A stretch of 64,000 nt of DNA from contig NC_042999.1 in the NCBI RefSeq assembly GCF_006345805.1, positions 34,100,001-34,164,000 of the forward strand. The letters are read 5' to 3'. Within the stretch, counting starts at the first letter, position 1; every line of letters begins with the position of its first letter. Source of the DNA: Octopus sinensis. Lineage: Eukaryota. The notes under the pieces are model-generated. The model was not told the DNA's origin. It was given only the letters and a program-made list of their open reading frames with translations, and did not search any database. Below, one piece after another: positions 1 to 12,512 of this stretch. The position numbers and the translations under genes are program-made.

Positions 1-100
1 TGTTAACTCGCTGTTGAATACGTGAAAATATTCAATATAGCGTCGATTTCCCTAAGAACATTAGTAATTTGTAACTTCAATACATCACACACCACACACC

Positions 101-164
<64 letters not shown>

Positions 165-307
165 ATACATACATACATATATCCTTTTTTTCTATTTTTT
201 TCATACGATAATTTTTTTTTTGGGTTTTTTTTTGTTTTTTCGAACGTTTTTTTCCACTATCCCATCATGCCGGATCCTAGGTCCTACCTCCTCCCCTCCA
301 TCACCGT

Positions 308-2700
308 TTGAAGGATCATCTACGTTCGCTTCCTGTATATTGCCTTCAGCCGTCCGTTAATCTCTCTCTACTTCTTTTTAAAAAAACCCGCTTCTCTAGC
401 CATGTCTCTTTCCTAAGCCGCTGCCTACATCACCGACTCATCCCTAAAGGTTTCCGCCTCCACTTCCACCCTGCTCTCCACTCGGATTCTTCCATCTTAC
501 CCATACTCCGCACCACATCTTACCGCCTTATGCGGGCCACCATTCGCTCCAATCTCTCCAAACTACATGCCATCAACCGCCTTCTTCCTCCTGCTTTCTC
601 CACCTTCTTCTCCTCTCTGCCGCCTCTCTATGCGCCAAACACGCTACGCTTCATTATCCATTTGAATCAACTCTTCCATCAATTTCTTTCTGATACCAAA
701 CTTCGTAACTCCAATCACTCTTCCATTCCACCCTACCCGACGCCACTACCCCAACTCCTCCACCACCCTTCTCCCCTCCCGATACGCTCCATCCACCCAC
801 ACCTAAACCCACTGCCCCTCCTACAACCCTTCTTCCCTCCCGTTAGGCTCCATCCACCTACACCTAACCCTACTGCCCCGCCCAACCACCCCCACACACC
901 ACCTCCCCAATACCCCCCTCAGACCTCCACGAGACCTACCACCCCTCCTACTTCTATTCCACCCACCCTTCTCCACTTCCGTCTGTTGTTACCATTCCCC
1001 CCGATCTCCCCTCTCTGCGGCTGAACGCTCCGTCCTTGGTAGGGGTCTGCGTTTCATCCCCTCACTCCATCCTGTAAGGAATTCCAGACGCGAGTTGATG
1101 TCCACAGCTTTGTGCGCCGTGTCCGGTTGGGTGCGCATTACCACGACTCGCCACCCACACCCAACGAAGAGGACGACTGCTTCACTGGCCTGGGCCGCCG
1201 ACCATCCCCGTGGACGCCTGCCCCTGGCCAGATCCTAGCAGTGGATCTTTTCGCGGGCGCTTGTCAGCGTGCATTGGAGCGGTTCAAACTTCTCCAGGCG
1301 CCAACGCCGCCTCAACATCTCCCCGGCTGAGCTCTTGGCTCTTCGTTCCCTCCAACGGCGCGCTGACATTATCATCAAACCGGCTGACAAGGGTGGAGCT
1401 GTAGTGGTGTGGCGCGCGGACCTCTATAGGGCCGAGGCTTTCCGCCAACTCAATGACACCTCCTTCTATTCCCCTCTGCCCTCTAACCCCACACGTAGCT
1501 ACCAACAGACGTTATCCTCTACTGTCCAAGACCTCAACTCGTCCTCCCGTCTCCCCCGCACCGCATCCAACCTAATTGTGCGAACCCCACGTACCACCAC
1601 CATTTACTTCCTCCCCCAAATCCACAAACCCAACAACCCTGGCCGCCCCATCGTCTCCGCCTGTAACTGCCCCACGGAGCTCATCTCTAAATACCTCGAC
1701 CGTGTCCTTGCCCCCCTAGTGGCATCTCTTCCCTCCCACATCCACGATACCAACCATGCTCTCCGGCTTTTCAACTCTTTCTCCTTTCCTCCCGGCTCCT
1801 CCAAAATCCTTTTTACTATGGACATCCAAAGCCTCTATACTGTTATCCCTCACCACGAAGGACTGCAGGCCCTTCGACACTTTCTTGACCTCCGCTCTAA
1901 CCCCTGTACCTGACCCTCCACACTCATTCGTCTGGCCGAACTTGTCCTTACTCTGAACTGCTTCTCGTTCGCGGGCGAGTTCTACCATCAGGTCTCGGGA
2001 GTGGCCATGGGAACGCGAATGGCCCCAACTATGCGAACCTGTTCGTTGGCTATGTTGAGGCCCAAATATTCTCTAATTTCCCTGGTCCCACTCCTGAACT
2101 ATATGGTCGTTATATTGACGACATTATCGGTGCCACCTCACTCTCCCGCGAACATCTAGATTCCTTCCTCTCTTCGTCCAATCTTTCCATCCACCAGCCC
2201 TCCACTTCACTTCCACTATCTCCAACACCTCTGTCTCCTTCCTCGACATTTCAGTTAGCATTCTTCACTCCACTCTTACCACCACTCAATTCACTACAAC
2301 ACACAGACTCACACTCATACCTCAACTTCTCTTCCTCCCACCCAGAACACACCAAGCTTTCCATCCCCTATTCCCAATTCCTCCGTCCGTCTACGTAGGC
2401 TCTGTAGTGACGACCATGACTTTGAGACTCAGTCTCAACGTATGGCTCACCACTTCACCCTACGTGGATACCCCCTCACCACTATCCACACCGCCCTTGC
2501 CAGAGCACGGTCCGTGGACCGTGTATCTGCTCTCTCCCCGAACCCGCCCTGTAGTCTCCCGCCTCCCTTTTCCCCTCACTTACCACCCCACGACCCTACG
2601 TCTCCAACGCACCATTCTTCGAGCTTTCCGTCCTCTCCAGTCCGACCCGTCCACTTCACACCTCTTCCCTAACCGACCCCTCCCCTCTTTCAAACGAGCC
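308..2700 (+). pseudogene. PLE N-terminal domain and reverse transcriptase, split across several frames
   Basis: ORFs 308-1024, 1269-1913 and 2442-2672 plus manual translation of 1913-2440 (LIRLAELVLTLNCFSFAGEFYHQVSGVAMG...YGRYIDDIIG...SFLDISV). Confidence 0.9.
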
Positions 2701-2852
2701 CACAACCTTCGAGACCTTTTGGTCCATAGCTCCTTCCCTGACCCTACCTCCCAACCCGGCTCGTTCCCCTGCTCCCGCCCACTTGCCCTTACCTCTCCAA
2801 CACCACCCGCCTCACTAGCACCCACCATCGACCCTATCCCATCATCCACTCC

Positions 2853-3140
2853 TTCACCTGCACCTCCAGCAATATTATCTATTGCATCTCTTGCTCTCTC
2901 TGCAATTCCTTGTACATCGGACAAACGGGACGCCGCTTGGCTGACCGGTTCGCGGAACACCTTCGTGACATCCACCTTGCGAACGACACAACCGGTTTCA
3001 CGCCATTTCCGCTCCATTTCCTTGCAACACCTATCTGTGTTCGGTTTGTCCTTACACAGAGGCCATCCGGATTCCCGTTTGCGCCGTGAACAGGAATTAA
3101 TCTTCTCTCTTCGCTCTTATACGCCATTTGGTCTCAACTC
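2853..3140 (+). pseudogene. GIY-YIG endonuclease domain of the PLE, frameshifted
   Basis: Manual translation from 2853: FTCTSSNIIYCISCSLCNSLYIGQTGRRLADRFAEHLRDI; a later frame gives PVSRHF...RLRREQELIFSLRSYTPFGLNS. Confidence 0.88.
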
Positions 3141-3469
3141 TCCCCCCTCCTCATCTAACTCCCCTCCCCCCTCCTCACCTATCCTTTCTCCCCCCGACCC
3201 CTACTTCTTCAGTCCTTCATCCTTTCACCCCTACTCCCCTTCCCTTCTTCCCTCTTTCTCCCTCCCTCTTCCCCTTCCCCTCGCCCCTCTCTCCCCTTCT
3301 CTCTCCTTCCTTCTCCCCCCATCCTCTCCTCTTCCCCTTCTCCTCCCCCTCTTCTTCCCCTCCCTTCTCTCCCTCCTTCTTCCCCCCTCCCTCCCCTTCT
3401 CCCCCCTCCCCCTCTTCTCCTCACTACACCCACATGACTTTACACATCACATCACATATGATGTGCTAT

Positions 3470-3800
3470 ACTAATACACACCCACACCAACTAATACATA
3501 CTAATACGTACTAATACATACTAGTACATACTAATACTTACACCAACCTATACATACACACGTCCAGACCCCGCATACGCACTTATACTCTCTCACACAC
3601 ACACACACCTATACATACCAATACGTACTAATACATACTAATACATACTAATACATACACCAACCCCATACATACGCACGTCCAGACCAATCCTACGCAC
3701 TAATACTCTCTCATACACACACACACACACACACCCTTATACATACTAATACTACAACAACCCTATACATACACACAAATCCAGACCCCCACGCACTTTT
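3470..3800 (+). repeat. Degenerate tandem repeat (about 3 units of 100-120 bp) and ACTAATACAT decamers in the PLE 3' region
   Basis: TCCAGACC anchor recurs at 3563, 3681 and 3780, each after CCAACC.TATACATAC-like sequence. Confidence 0.75.
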
Positions 3801-3973
3801 AGCTGGTCCCTCAACCCTTTATTATCACCCTATTATCTCCCCCTTATTTCGCTCTCGCGTCTCATGTTTGATCTTTGACCTCTGGCCGAAATCAGATCGC
3901 CGTGTTGATTCGTTAGCTACTGCACGCATTTTTTTCTCTCCTTCTTTCTGTGTTTTTTTTCTCTCTCTGTGTA

Positions 3974-4010
3974 TCTTTCTGTTGAAGAGCGTAGCTCGAA
4001 ACGTTAAAGA
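3974..4010 (+). ncRNA. Minimal type-I hammerhead ribozyme of the PLE pseudo-LTR, variant core CUGUUGA
   Basis: TCTTT (stem I 5') - CTGTTGA - A - GAG CGTAG CTC (stem II) - GAA - ACGT (palindromic stem III) - T - AAAGA (stem I 3'). Same layout as Penelope minimal hammerheads. Confidence 0.7.
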
Positions 4011-4114
4011 CTTGTTTTTTTTATTTTCCTGAGCGCCATACTAATACAATTGTTCGTTTGTTTTCCACCTGCCTTCGTCTTTTGTTTATTTTCATAAAGC
4101 TTCCCGTTACATAC

Positions 4115-4145
<31 letters not shown>

Positions 4146-4299
4146 AAGAGAGAAAAAACACTTATAAATACAATCATACATGCTTACATCTCTTTCCCTC
4201 TCCTCTCTCCTATATATATATATATACATACATACATATATAAATACATACATGCAAACATACATATACATTTACATATACATACACGCATACACAAAC

Positions 4300-5376
4300 A
4301 CACAGTTGTGCAAAAAGTAGGTAGGCAAAACTTTTATTAACTGCGATTGGCCGTTAAATTGCACGTGAACGTACAGAAACTATTCCTCTTTAGTAACTTT
4401 CTTCTTGTTCTTCTTCATTTCAGGGAAATAATGGTCTGCAAGTAGAAGCAACGATCCGTCATTAAGTTCTTGGCAAATGTGGAGTGTAAATGTGGAGCTA
4501 CACGTCGTTTACATAGATAACACCCTTGGCAAGAGGAACGCGCACAGATGAACGAATTTAAAAAATTTACTTAAGAATAATCTTACGGTAGGAGGCCACT
4601 GACACGAATCACTATCTGATTCGTGCAGAAAGAGACGTCACAATCTGTGATCTAGTTGCATTAGTGTATTGTAGTCACAATATATTATAGATAATGAGAG
4701 ATTTGGTGTCACGAAAGTAATTACAAGTAAGTACCTCCGCTCATGACACTAAATCTGAAGGTGATAAAGTGGAAGAGTTTGAAGCTAATAAAAGTTCTTC
4801 TCTCTGATCTGGTGGTAAAGGACAGAACATGACCACATGTTAGTTGTTTGGAAGTAAAGATTCAAACTTCTTTATTGCCTAAGAGGTGCAAGAACTTCGA
4901 TCGGTACAGAATGTCAGAATGACTGATTTGAGTGATAAGAAATGTTATATTTTTCTTGGTTTTCTTTTTGTACAACGTTGCTCTGCCGTCGACAGCGAGT
5001 GACACATTCAGAAACATAGAAAAACTTAGGCAAACACATATCGATACATTGTGCAGATCAAGTGTCTTCCATCTTGTGTACAGCTCAGAGCCGAAGCCTT
5101 CCCACGTCTAAAATTTTCGTTCAATGTGGCATAGTCGTCACGTCAAAAAATTCCATCAAACAAACGACGTGTAAATTCACGTGAGGAAGTGGGTGACAAA
5201 TTGTACACCGGAAATTTTAAACAGAATTCAAAGATTACGTGTTGCAAAGGACAAAAACATAAACTTCTGCTGCAGACTATGTTGAAGTATATCTCTGTAT
5301 ATACAAAGAGGAAATAAAACAAACTGGGTAACTTCAACGACATATAGCATTCATGAAAATCTGGACGGTCCTCGTA
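4300..5376 (+). mobile_element. Highly decayed mariner (DD34D-type) transposon
   Basis: Eroded motifs in the expected order: KQRSVIKFL (~4440), VPPLMT (~4732, for WVPRLLT), LYNVA (~4970, for HDNA), a decayed YSPDL region (~5080) and DYVE (~5276). TIR-like GGACGGTCCTCGTA ends at 5376. Confidence 0.55.
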
Positions 5377-5649
5377 TGCACAGGCGCGTGAGCGTTGTTT
5401 TGATGCTAGTCCCGATCCAGATCCATGAATTGTAATTTTTTTGTTGAACTACAAATTTACATAATAGTAATAATCAAACACAGAATCTTTCAATTAAGTA
5501 CTATCAGTTGCAAAATATTTTTTAAATGTGGTCCTTCAGATTAAAACTTCTCGTCAGTCAAAGGTTGTGTATAGTTTCTCCACTGCACCTTGTGATCATC
5601 CTTCATTTGATTTATAACGTTACAGCTGATAACCTACAATAATTATAAT

Positions 5650-5730
5650 AACATATACATATATGATATAGTATATATATATATTATATATATATATATA
5701 TTTAGTATATATATATATATATATATATGC

Positions 5731-5773
<43 letters not shown>

Positions 5774-5975
5774 TGTGTATATATATATATCATATATTAT
5801 TTATATCATATACATATAAAACAATATATAATCTATATATATATGTATATATATCATATATTATGTATATACATATAAATATAAAACATATATAAATGTA
5901 TATGCGTATACACACACTCCACATTGCATATGTATAGATGTATGCTGCGCACATACACGCAGATGTATATATATA

Positions 5976-6059
<84 letters not shown>

Positions 6060-6070
6060 ATATAATATAT
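5650..6070. repeat. Long interrupted (TA)n tract; similar (TA)/(TG)/(CA)/(GA) tracts occur throughout the window
   Basis: Other examples: 13985-14080, 14880-15120, 17380-17470, 20100-20255, 44560-45040, 49890-50120, 54610-54775, 55405-55490, 56260-56395, 56880-57110. Confidence 0.97.
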
Positions 6071-6194
6071 AGATAATAAAGTGTGCGTAAGATATTGTGT
6101 GGACAGATTTATGTTTATATAAACAGATATATGATAACAGATAATAACTTTATCAAAAAATGCTCTGAGGAAAAAAATAGAATTTCTGTTCTAT

Positions 6195-7150
6195 AATGTT
6201 ATTCAATAAAGCTACTTCTGCGTCAACAACTGCTTCTATACAAGATTTAAATCATATACCTGCTCGATTCAATTGGTCGTGTTTCATTTTGGACATTACT
6301 CTGAACATGGCAGCTTTCAAAGAATCTTTGGTTTTATGGGCGTGTTCATTGACCTCCCTTTCAAGAAAGTCCCACATGGGGATCTGAGGAATTAGGACAA
6401 ATGTTAGGGGCTATGTGATCATGAAAATTTTCAGCCATCCATTCCTGAGTTACTGCAGCCATGTGTGATAGTGCAGAATCTTACTGAAACAAATATGGCC
6501 TTCCATTGCATACACCGTCTATCCAGTGTTTAACAAGTATTTCCGGATCCTCAATGTAGGCGAGTTAATTCTAAGGAATTTATTGCTGACAATCCCTAAA
6601 ATTATTTCAGTTGCAGGGGATTTTGTATGAATAATACTTGGAACTTCAGAAGGGTCTGCACATAACCATCTGTCATTTCTTCTGTTAACTTTTTGATCTC
6701 CGTCGCAATTATTCTCAGTTTAAGAAAAGCCAAATCAAATCTTCTGCTGCTGGATTTTTCAGTTTGTTTAAGATCCTTTTAGACGTGATGCAGATATTTT
6801 TTTTTTCCTTTTTGGAACACATTGGCCTTTCCTCAACATATACGTCTTGTATCTGATGTCTTCGTGGACAACATTTCTGACTGTTCCTTATGACACATGG
6901 AGTTCTTTTGCAATTGACCTCCTGGATTTTCCGGGATTGCAATCAATGGTCTGTCGAACTTGGTGGATTACTCCAGGTGTTCTAATGATTTCAGAGTGTT
7001 TATAATGCTTTTTATATTTTAATACTGGCGATACTTATCCATCTTCAGTCTTTAACTCCTTACGAACTTTGTAGACGAAAGATCTTGCAACTTTAACAAA
7101 TCAAAATATTTATAAATCGCTATGCTCAGCAATTATAACCACAATAACAG
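6195..7150 (-). mobile_element. Decayed Tc1/mariner transposase, maT (DD37D)-like
   Basis: Minus-strand translation: VYKVRKELK...IRTPGVIHQVRQTIDCNPGKSRRSIAKELHVS*GTVRNVVHEDIRYK...DQKVNRRNDRWLC...GRPYLFQ*DSALSH...WDFLEREVNEHAHKTKDSLKAA. Confidence 0.82.
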
Positions 7151-8003
7151 CATGCATCTTCACTTCAAGAGTAAACTGATGGCCTGCTATTATTATTGTT
7201 TGAAACAAAGGTTATGCAGGGTTAGCAAAGAATGCAGCAATGTATCTATATACATATATATATATATGTGTGTGTGTTTATATATATATATACATACATA
7301 TACACCATCAGACCTTTCGTTCGAGATATATGGGCTGTAACTGACAAGTGCTTGCAATGAGTCCTAGATGAACGATAATTGAAGAGCTAATCTCAGAAAC
7401 AAAGTTTAGGTCAATCAGCAAATTCCTAAACGGAGAGCACTTAGACGTAATTTTTTAAACAGTTTTAAAAATACATGTACATTGATACATATTAATATAG
7501 ATCAATATAAATCTGTATATATATAAGCTTATGTAAATTGAATATAAATTAAAGGAACGTAAACATATGGGAGGTGTAACTATGGTGAGTGCAAACGAAA
7601 GAGAACCCTTTAAGAGAAATAGAAATAGATGCAACATATACAAATTATACAACATATCCAAAACATATATAGCAGTAGGAAGGCTTCCATGTCATCGACC
7701 TGCAAGAAATGGTAAGACAATTCAGAGAGCAAATAACAACATTACTAGAACATATAGAAAAAAATATTTAGAATTAAGTATTAAGGATAAAGTCCCGTTA
7801 TTAGAGGAAGTGCATTCCATGGCCGCTTCTGGAGCACATTTTCGGTAAAGTAAAACATTTAAAAGTTTAACTCATCCTTGTAAGTAATATCCCTCTTTAT
7901 CAGGAAGACGTTCGCACGCACTCACCATATATACACCTCACATATTTTTACACTCTTTTAATTTACTTATATATATATATATATATATATGTTATGCTTT
8001 CAT

Positions 8004-8071
<68 letters not shown>

Positions 8072-8961
8072 GTGTGTGTGTAAAAATGTAGAAATTTATT
8101 AGGGAAGATGATGCATCTAGCTAAATATTTATGCCAAACCAGATTTCAATCTGTTGTAATCGAAATGGATCAATCCCAGATCCATTTTAGCAACTCTTGT
8201 ATTCATAGGGTAATAATAAGAGACACATGATCAGATGAAAGAGAGGTAGAGACAGACAGACAGAATAATCGATGAGGAAAGATGAAGCATTTCATAAGTA
8301 TCAGTTCAGAAGGAACTGATTTTTCTGGATCTACTGCCTGCTTCGTCGTTAAGCGAGAATCTAGCTGTAAAAATACAAGTTGACGCTTATGTTACTTGAA
8401 ACTACATTTGCGCTTCAATTTTCTGTTGCTACTCCTATCGAGGGATTCTTACAAGATTATGACGTCTATTTAGTTCTCCGAGCAGTGAAACGAATACGAA
8501 TAACTTATTGATTCCAAATGAAATCCAATGTCTCTAACAGTGTATGAGCTGGCAACATTTCCACTCGCTAGACGTTATACAATATCCTACCCAAAGACCT
8601 CTCTGTGAATGAACTAATATAATGAATAAAGTAGGTCACTGTTCTAACTGCACATAATTATAGCGGAAATTAATTTTCATCTGAAATTGTACAATAGGAG
8701 ATTACGAATTTGTAACTTCAATCTCTGAGCAGAAAAAACAAGCTGTTGATACAACGGGAGAGTCTTCACTTGGTTGCTCGATCGGCTACAAATAACAATC
8801 AAATAACACACAATTTACAACCTCATTTAGGAAATGATTCGTAGAATCCAATAAAGTGACCGAAATATTCTTGATTTCAGGTGTGTTCAAGCAGACAAAC
8901 ACCATCCACGACAACAGCATTATAACTACAATGTAATATACTTTCTAGTATTTACTATATA

Positions 8962-9390
8962 GGCGCAGGCGTGGCTATGTGGTAAGAAGCTTGCTTCTCA
9001 AGTACATTATTCCGAGGTCAGTCCTATGCACGGCATATTGGGAAAGTGTATTCTAGTATAGCCTTGGCCCAAACACGATCCACTGAGTGGATTTGATAGA
9101 CGGAAACTGAAAGAAGTACACTGTAGATATCTATATATCTGTACATGTGTGTCATTTTGTCAATGTTTGTACCCAGTCCAACTCACCCAACACCGCTTGA
9201 CATCCAATGCCGGTGTGTTTACGTCTTCGTAACTTAGCGGTCCGGCAGAAAAGACCGATATAACAATACAAGGCTTTAAAAATTATAAATACTGGATCAC
9301 TTCTTTAAAAATTATAAATAATGGGTCACTATTCTTGGAGGCGGTGCTTCAGGTTGGCCGCAGTTTAATGACTGAAAGAAGCAGAAGATT
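8962..9390 (+). mobile_element. SINE family B (tRNA-like head, internal microsatellite)
   Basis: Alignable by eye to 16583-16999 and 20918-21385 (GTGGTAAGAAGCTTGCT...GACGGAAACTGAAAGAAG...GGCGGTGCT.CAG). Confidence 0.8.
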
Positions 9391-9976
9391 AATGATAACA
9401 CAAAAGAACATTTTTATCGCTAGCTAGAAATTCAAGCTTTTTTTATAATATACGTAAGAAGTCTATATTTGAACAGTATATTTATATGGTAATATAAATT
9501 ACGTAATCATAGAAACAAAACATAGAAACCAAATATCATTAAGGGAAATGGTATCAACGATAAAACGACAATAGGCAATAATCATTTCATTTCGAAATAC
9601 AGATAATACACAAGTGTTCTTATGGGAAATGCATTTCTAATATCAACACATTGAAACCATCATATCGTCTCCCTGGGCAGCGTAATTCCGAAAGATAACA
9701 GGCACAACAAAGTTATTGATGTACCATGTACATATGCATGTACAAAATGGAACACATACACACTATATATATGTGAGTGAGTGTCTGTGTGTGCGTGTGT
9801 GTGTGTGTATTTGTGTGTGTGCATAATCTGTCTAAGAGTTCATAAATCAGGCAAAAATGAAGTCGTATATCTGTCGGTAGAGTGAGTATATTACACTAAT
9901 GTACACTATTATCTATCCATTTCAGCTGATCTTACCAATAGTTGTCGCATCAGGGGTTCAATAGAGTGCCATTGTA

Positions 9977-10083
9977 ACCTTGCGCTCTTCAGATGCAGAC
10001 GTTATGGAATGAATGTAACACTGCGCTCTTCAGACGTCGCTATATTTCATTACATAACTGCTACATCTGAAGAGCGCAGGGTC
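9977..10083. repeat. Small foldback element with ~37-bp imperfect arms
   Basis: ACCTTGCGCTCTTCAGATGCAGACGTTATGGAATGAA pairs with TTCATTACATAACTGCTACATCTGAAGAGCGCAGGGT; a third TGCGCTCTTCAGA lies in the loop at 10022. Confidence 0.7.
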
Positions 10084-10479
10084 ATATAATCGGAGTGTTA
10101 CCTAACATTCCGTTGAATCCCTGGCACGAAAGTCATTGGTAGAATCAGCCGAAATGGCCATATAGTTCTGTACACTTGGATTTACGTATATAAATATGCG
10201 TGTGTGTGTGTTTGTGTGTGTGTGTGTATGTATGTATGTATGCATGCATGTATGTATGTATGTATGTATTGGCTGCGTTGATAAACTGTTGTCTAAATTA
10301 CGCAAAAATGAAAATGACACTGACATCTCATTTTTACATTCATATTTTCAAAATTACATAAAACTATCTTCAAATACTAGAGAGTATATTTATGCAATAA
10401 AATCGACATTAGCATTAACCACAGCCTACAGAAGACTTCGGAACTATTCTGGACGGTCTTTTTGTATAAGCTGGTAAAT

Positions 10480-10800
10480 GATGCCGTTATCCTTGCCTTC
10501 CGTTCATCTTTGGTGCTACAAGGGGTTTTGCCGGTCTGTTGCTCAACTGCGCCCTAGACGTTAGGTGGCAAGATGTTAGGGGAGATGTGGTGACAGAAAT
10601 TGTATGACAGCCAAGACTGGATTTCTTGCTTGTGTGGCATGGTGCTGAGTCGTGTCGCCAGATATATAGTGTTCTAGCAGCCACTCTCTTGACCAAGGGC
10701 AGCTCTACCTCCTCCAAACAGTTGATATAGGCTCCGTGTTGAGTGTGAAGCTGTGGGGCAAGGTGATTGGGGATATAACGTCGCCATCACTAGTGATCAA
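10480..10800 (-). mobile_element. maT (DD37D)-like transposase fragment
   Basis: ITSDGDVISP...LEEVELPLVKRVAARTLYIWRHDSAPCHTSKK; a shifted frame gives GAVEQQTGKTPCSTKD. Confidence 0.8.
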
Positions 10801-11288
10801 TCCAAAAATTGGAATGAAAATACACTTAAAATCTATGGATTACTGTACTCCTGAAACGACCGTAAGAGGATTACTACCAACAGTTTACCTAAATAGGATT
10901 AATGATTCTCTCGTATTATTTACATTTTTTTAAATAATCCAACCTCAACGCTACGATGCTTGTTTATTTGCTCCTCGGAAGACGTTTTTTTATTCAACTT
11001 CATGTAAGGACATACTTTTATTCTTATTAATTTTTAGAATACAGTTCTAACCTAATTTCATTCATCTATTTATATAAGTATATTAGATTTTTATATATTT
11101 GTGTATTCATGAATTTTTAATATGTCTTAACATTTTAACGACTTGTGCATTGATCTATGGCAGAATATCTGTAAAATTAAATTGATCATATCTGAAATTC
11201 TCGTTTATATTTTTTATATCTTAGCGTCTCGAGTCTTTTATCTGTGGACTTCTGACTATTGCCCATAAAATAAACAAAGAAACTTCAC

Positions 11289-11352
<64 letters not shown>

Positions 11353-12512
11353 TGTGTGTGTATGTATGTATATATATATATATATATATGTATGTATATG
11401 TGTGTATGTAAATATGTGTATATATGTATATATATATATGTTTGTATAATATATATATATATATGTATATCTATATATATATATATAGATATATCTTATA
11501 TACATATTATATAATAATGGCATATATATACATACATATGCACATATGTGTGTCGGCGTGTCTTTCATTAAACATTGATAGCTGTGTTCCACTTTTAAAT
11601 TATTTCTGATTTATAGGCTTACATATATTTTTTGTAATTTATTTGGAAACAGCTACGTCGATCTACAATCAACTCGTTCCTTGCTACACAGTCTCATATC
11701 TTGAAGATGATGTTCGACTGGTTTAGAAGCGATCTGTTCTGGTCCCTGAACCTTATGCAGGAATATGAAAAATCTTAAATAACGTATTCAATGCTAAAAC
11801 AGACTTGGTATGTAAAATATGCATAAAACACGCCTTTTTCATTATAAATGAAAGAAAGATTAGATCGTAAGTGCATATTCCCTTCAAATACAAATGCAGG
11901 TTGCATATACCTTGTATGAAGCGGAGATGTGTTCCGAGTGTAGATGGTAGGAATACCTTTCTTATCATAGAATTACATATGAACTAGTCGCTCGATGAAT
12001 AAGAAATCCTGCAAACGTCTATAATTTGACTTTACACTGCGCTTTTTCCTTCTTAGGAATTCTATCCAATTTCCACTTATTTTATCATATTTTACAATAG
12101 TTTAGTAATTCTATTTTCCTTCAGGTTTTATCAATACTTATTGTGTATATACCCGCTTTCTTTTTCAGCATTCATGCCTCAGTCTTCTGGACCGATTCAA
12201 TCGTGTGTGTGCATGTAATATATATGTATATGTTAAATATATATATATATATATATAGTATATATATATAATATAGTATATATATATATATATATATTTA
12301 TGTGTGTGTTGTGTGTTGTGTATATATATATTAATATATATATATATTTATATATATGTGTGTATACATATATATATATATGTACAGTCGTCACTAAGGT
12401 GATGGAGGGTGCTAGAATTGCCAACATTGCTAGAAATAACAGTAAAAACAACTAAAGCAACTCTTAGTCACGTGAGAACACTTTTCTAACGGCTAACAAG
12501 AGAGACAGGCTG

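Larger units (their letters stand above)
267..4080 (+). mobile_element. Penelope-like retroelement (PLE), probably Neptune-type, near full length, disrupted by frameshifts
   Basis: Joined frames give the PLE N-terminal motif RFSSHVSFLSRCLHHRLIPKGF; RT motifs ADKGGAVVVW, FLPQIHKPNNPGRPIVS, FTMDIQSLYTVIP, GVAMGTRM and YIDD (2111-2122); a Cys-containing linker (FPCSRP); and a C-terminal GIY-YIG domain. The 3' end has tandem repeats and a hammerhead motif. C-rich, unlike the AT-rich flanks. Ends approximate. Confidence 0.92.

Noticed and set aside
267-3140. Selenocysteine-recoding or Naiad/Chlamys-type PLE
   Set aside because: The GIY-YIG domain is C-terminal here, and the ORF breaks are explained by indels rather than in-frame TGA at conserved Cys positions.
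2407-3474. 355-aa ORF as a stand-alone protein
   Set aside because: It is a mosaic of in-frame and out-of-frame parts of the frameshifted PLE, plus read-through into a polypyrimidine tract.
8306-8364. Possible terminal exon on the minus strand (RFSLNDEAGSRSRKISSF*) after TATTTTTACAG
   Set aside because: Too short, with no supporting exons; compatible with chance.
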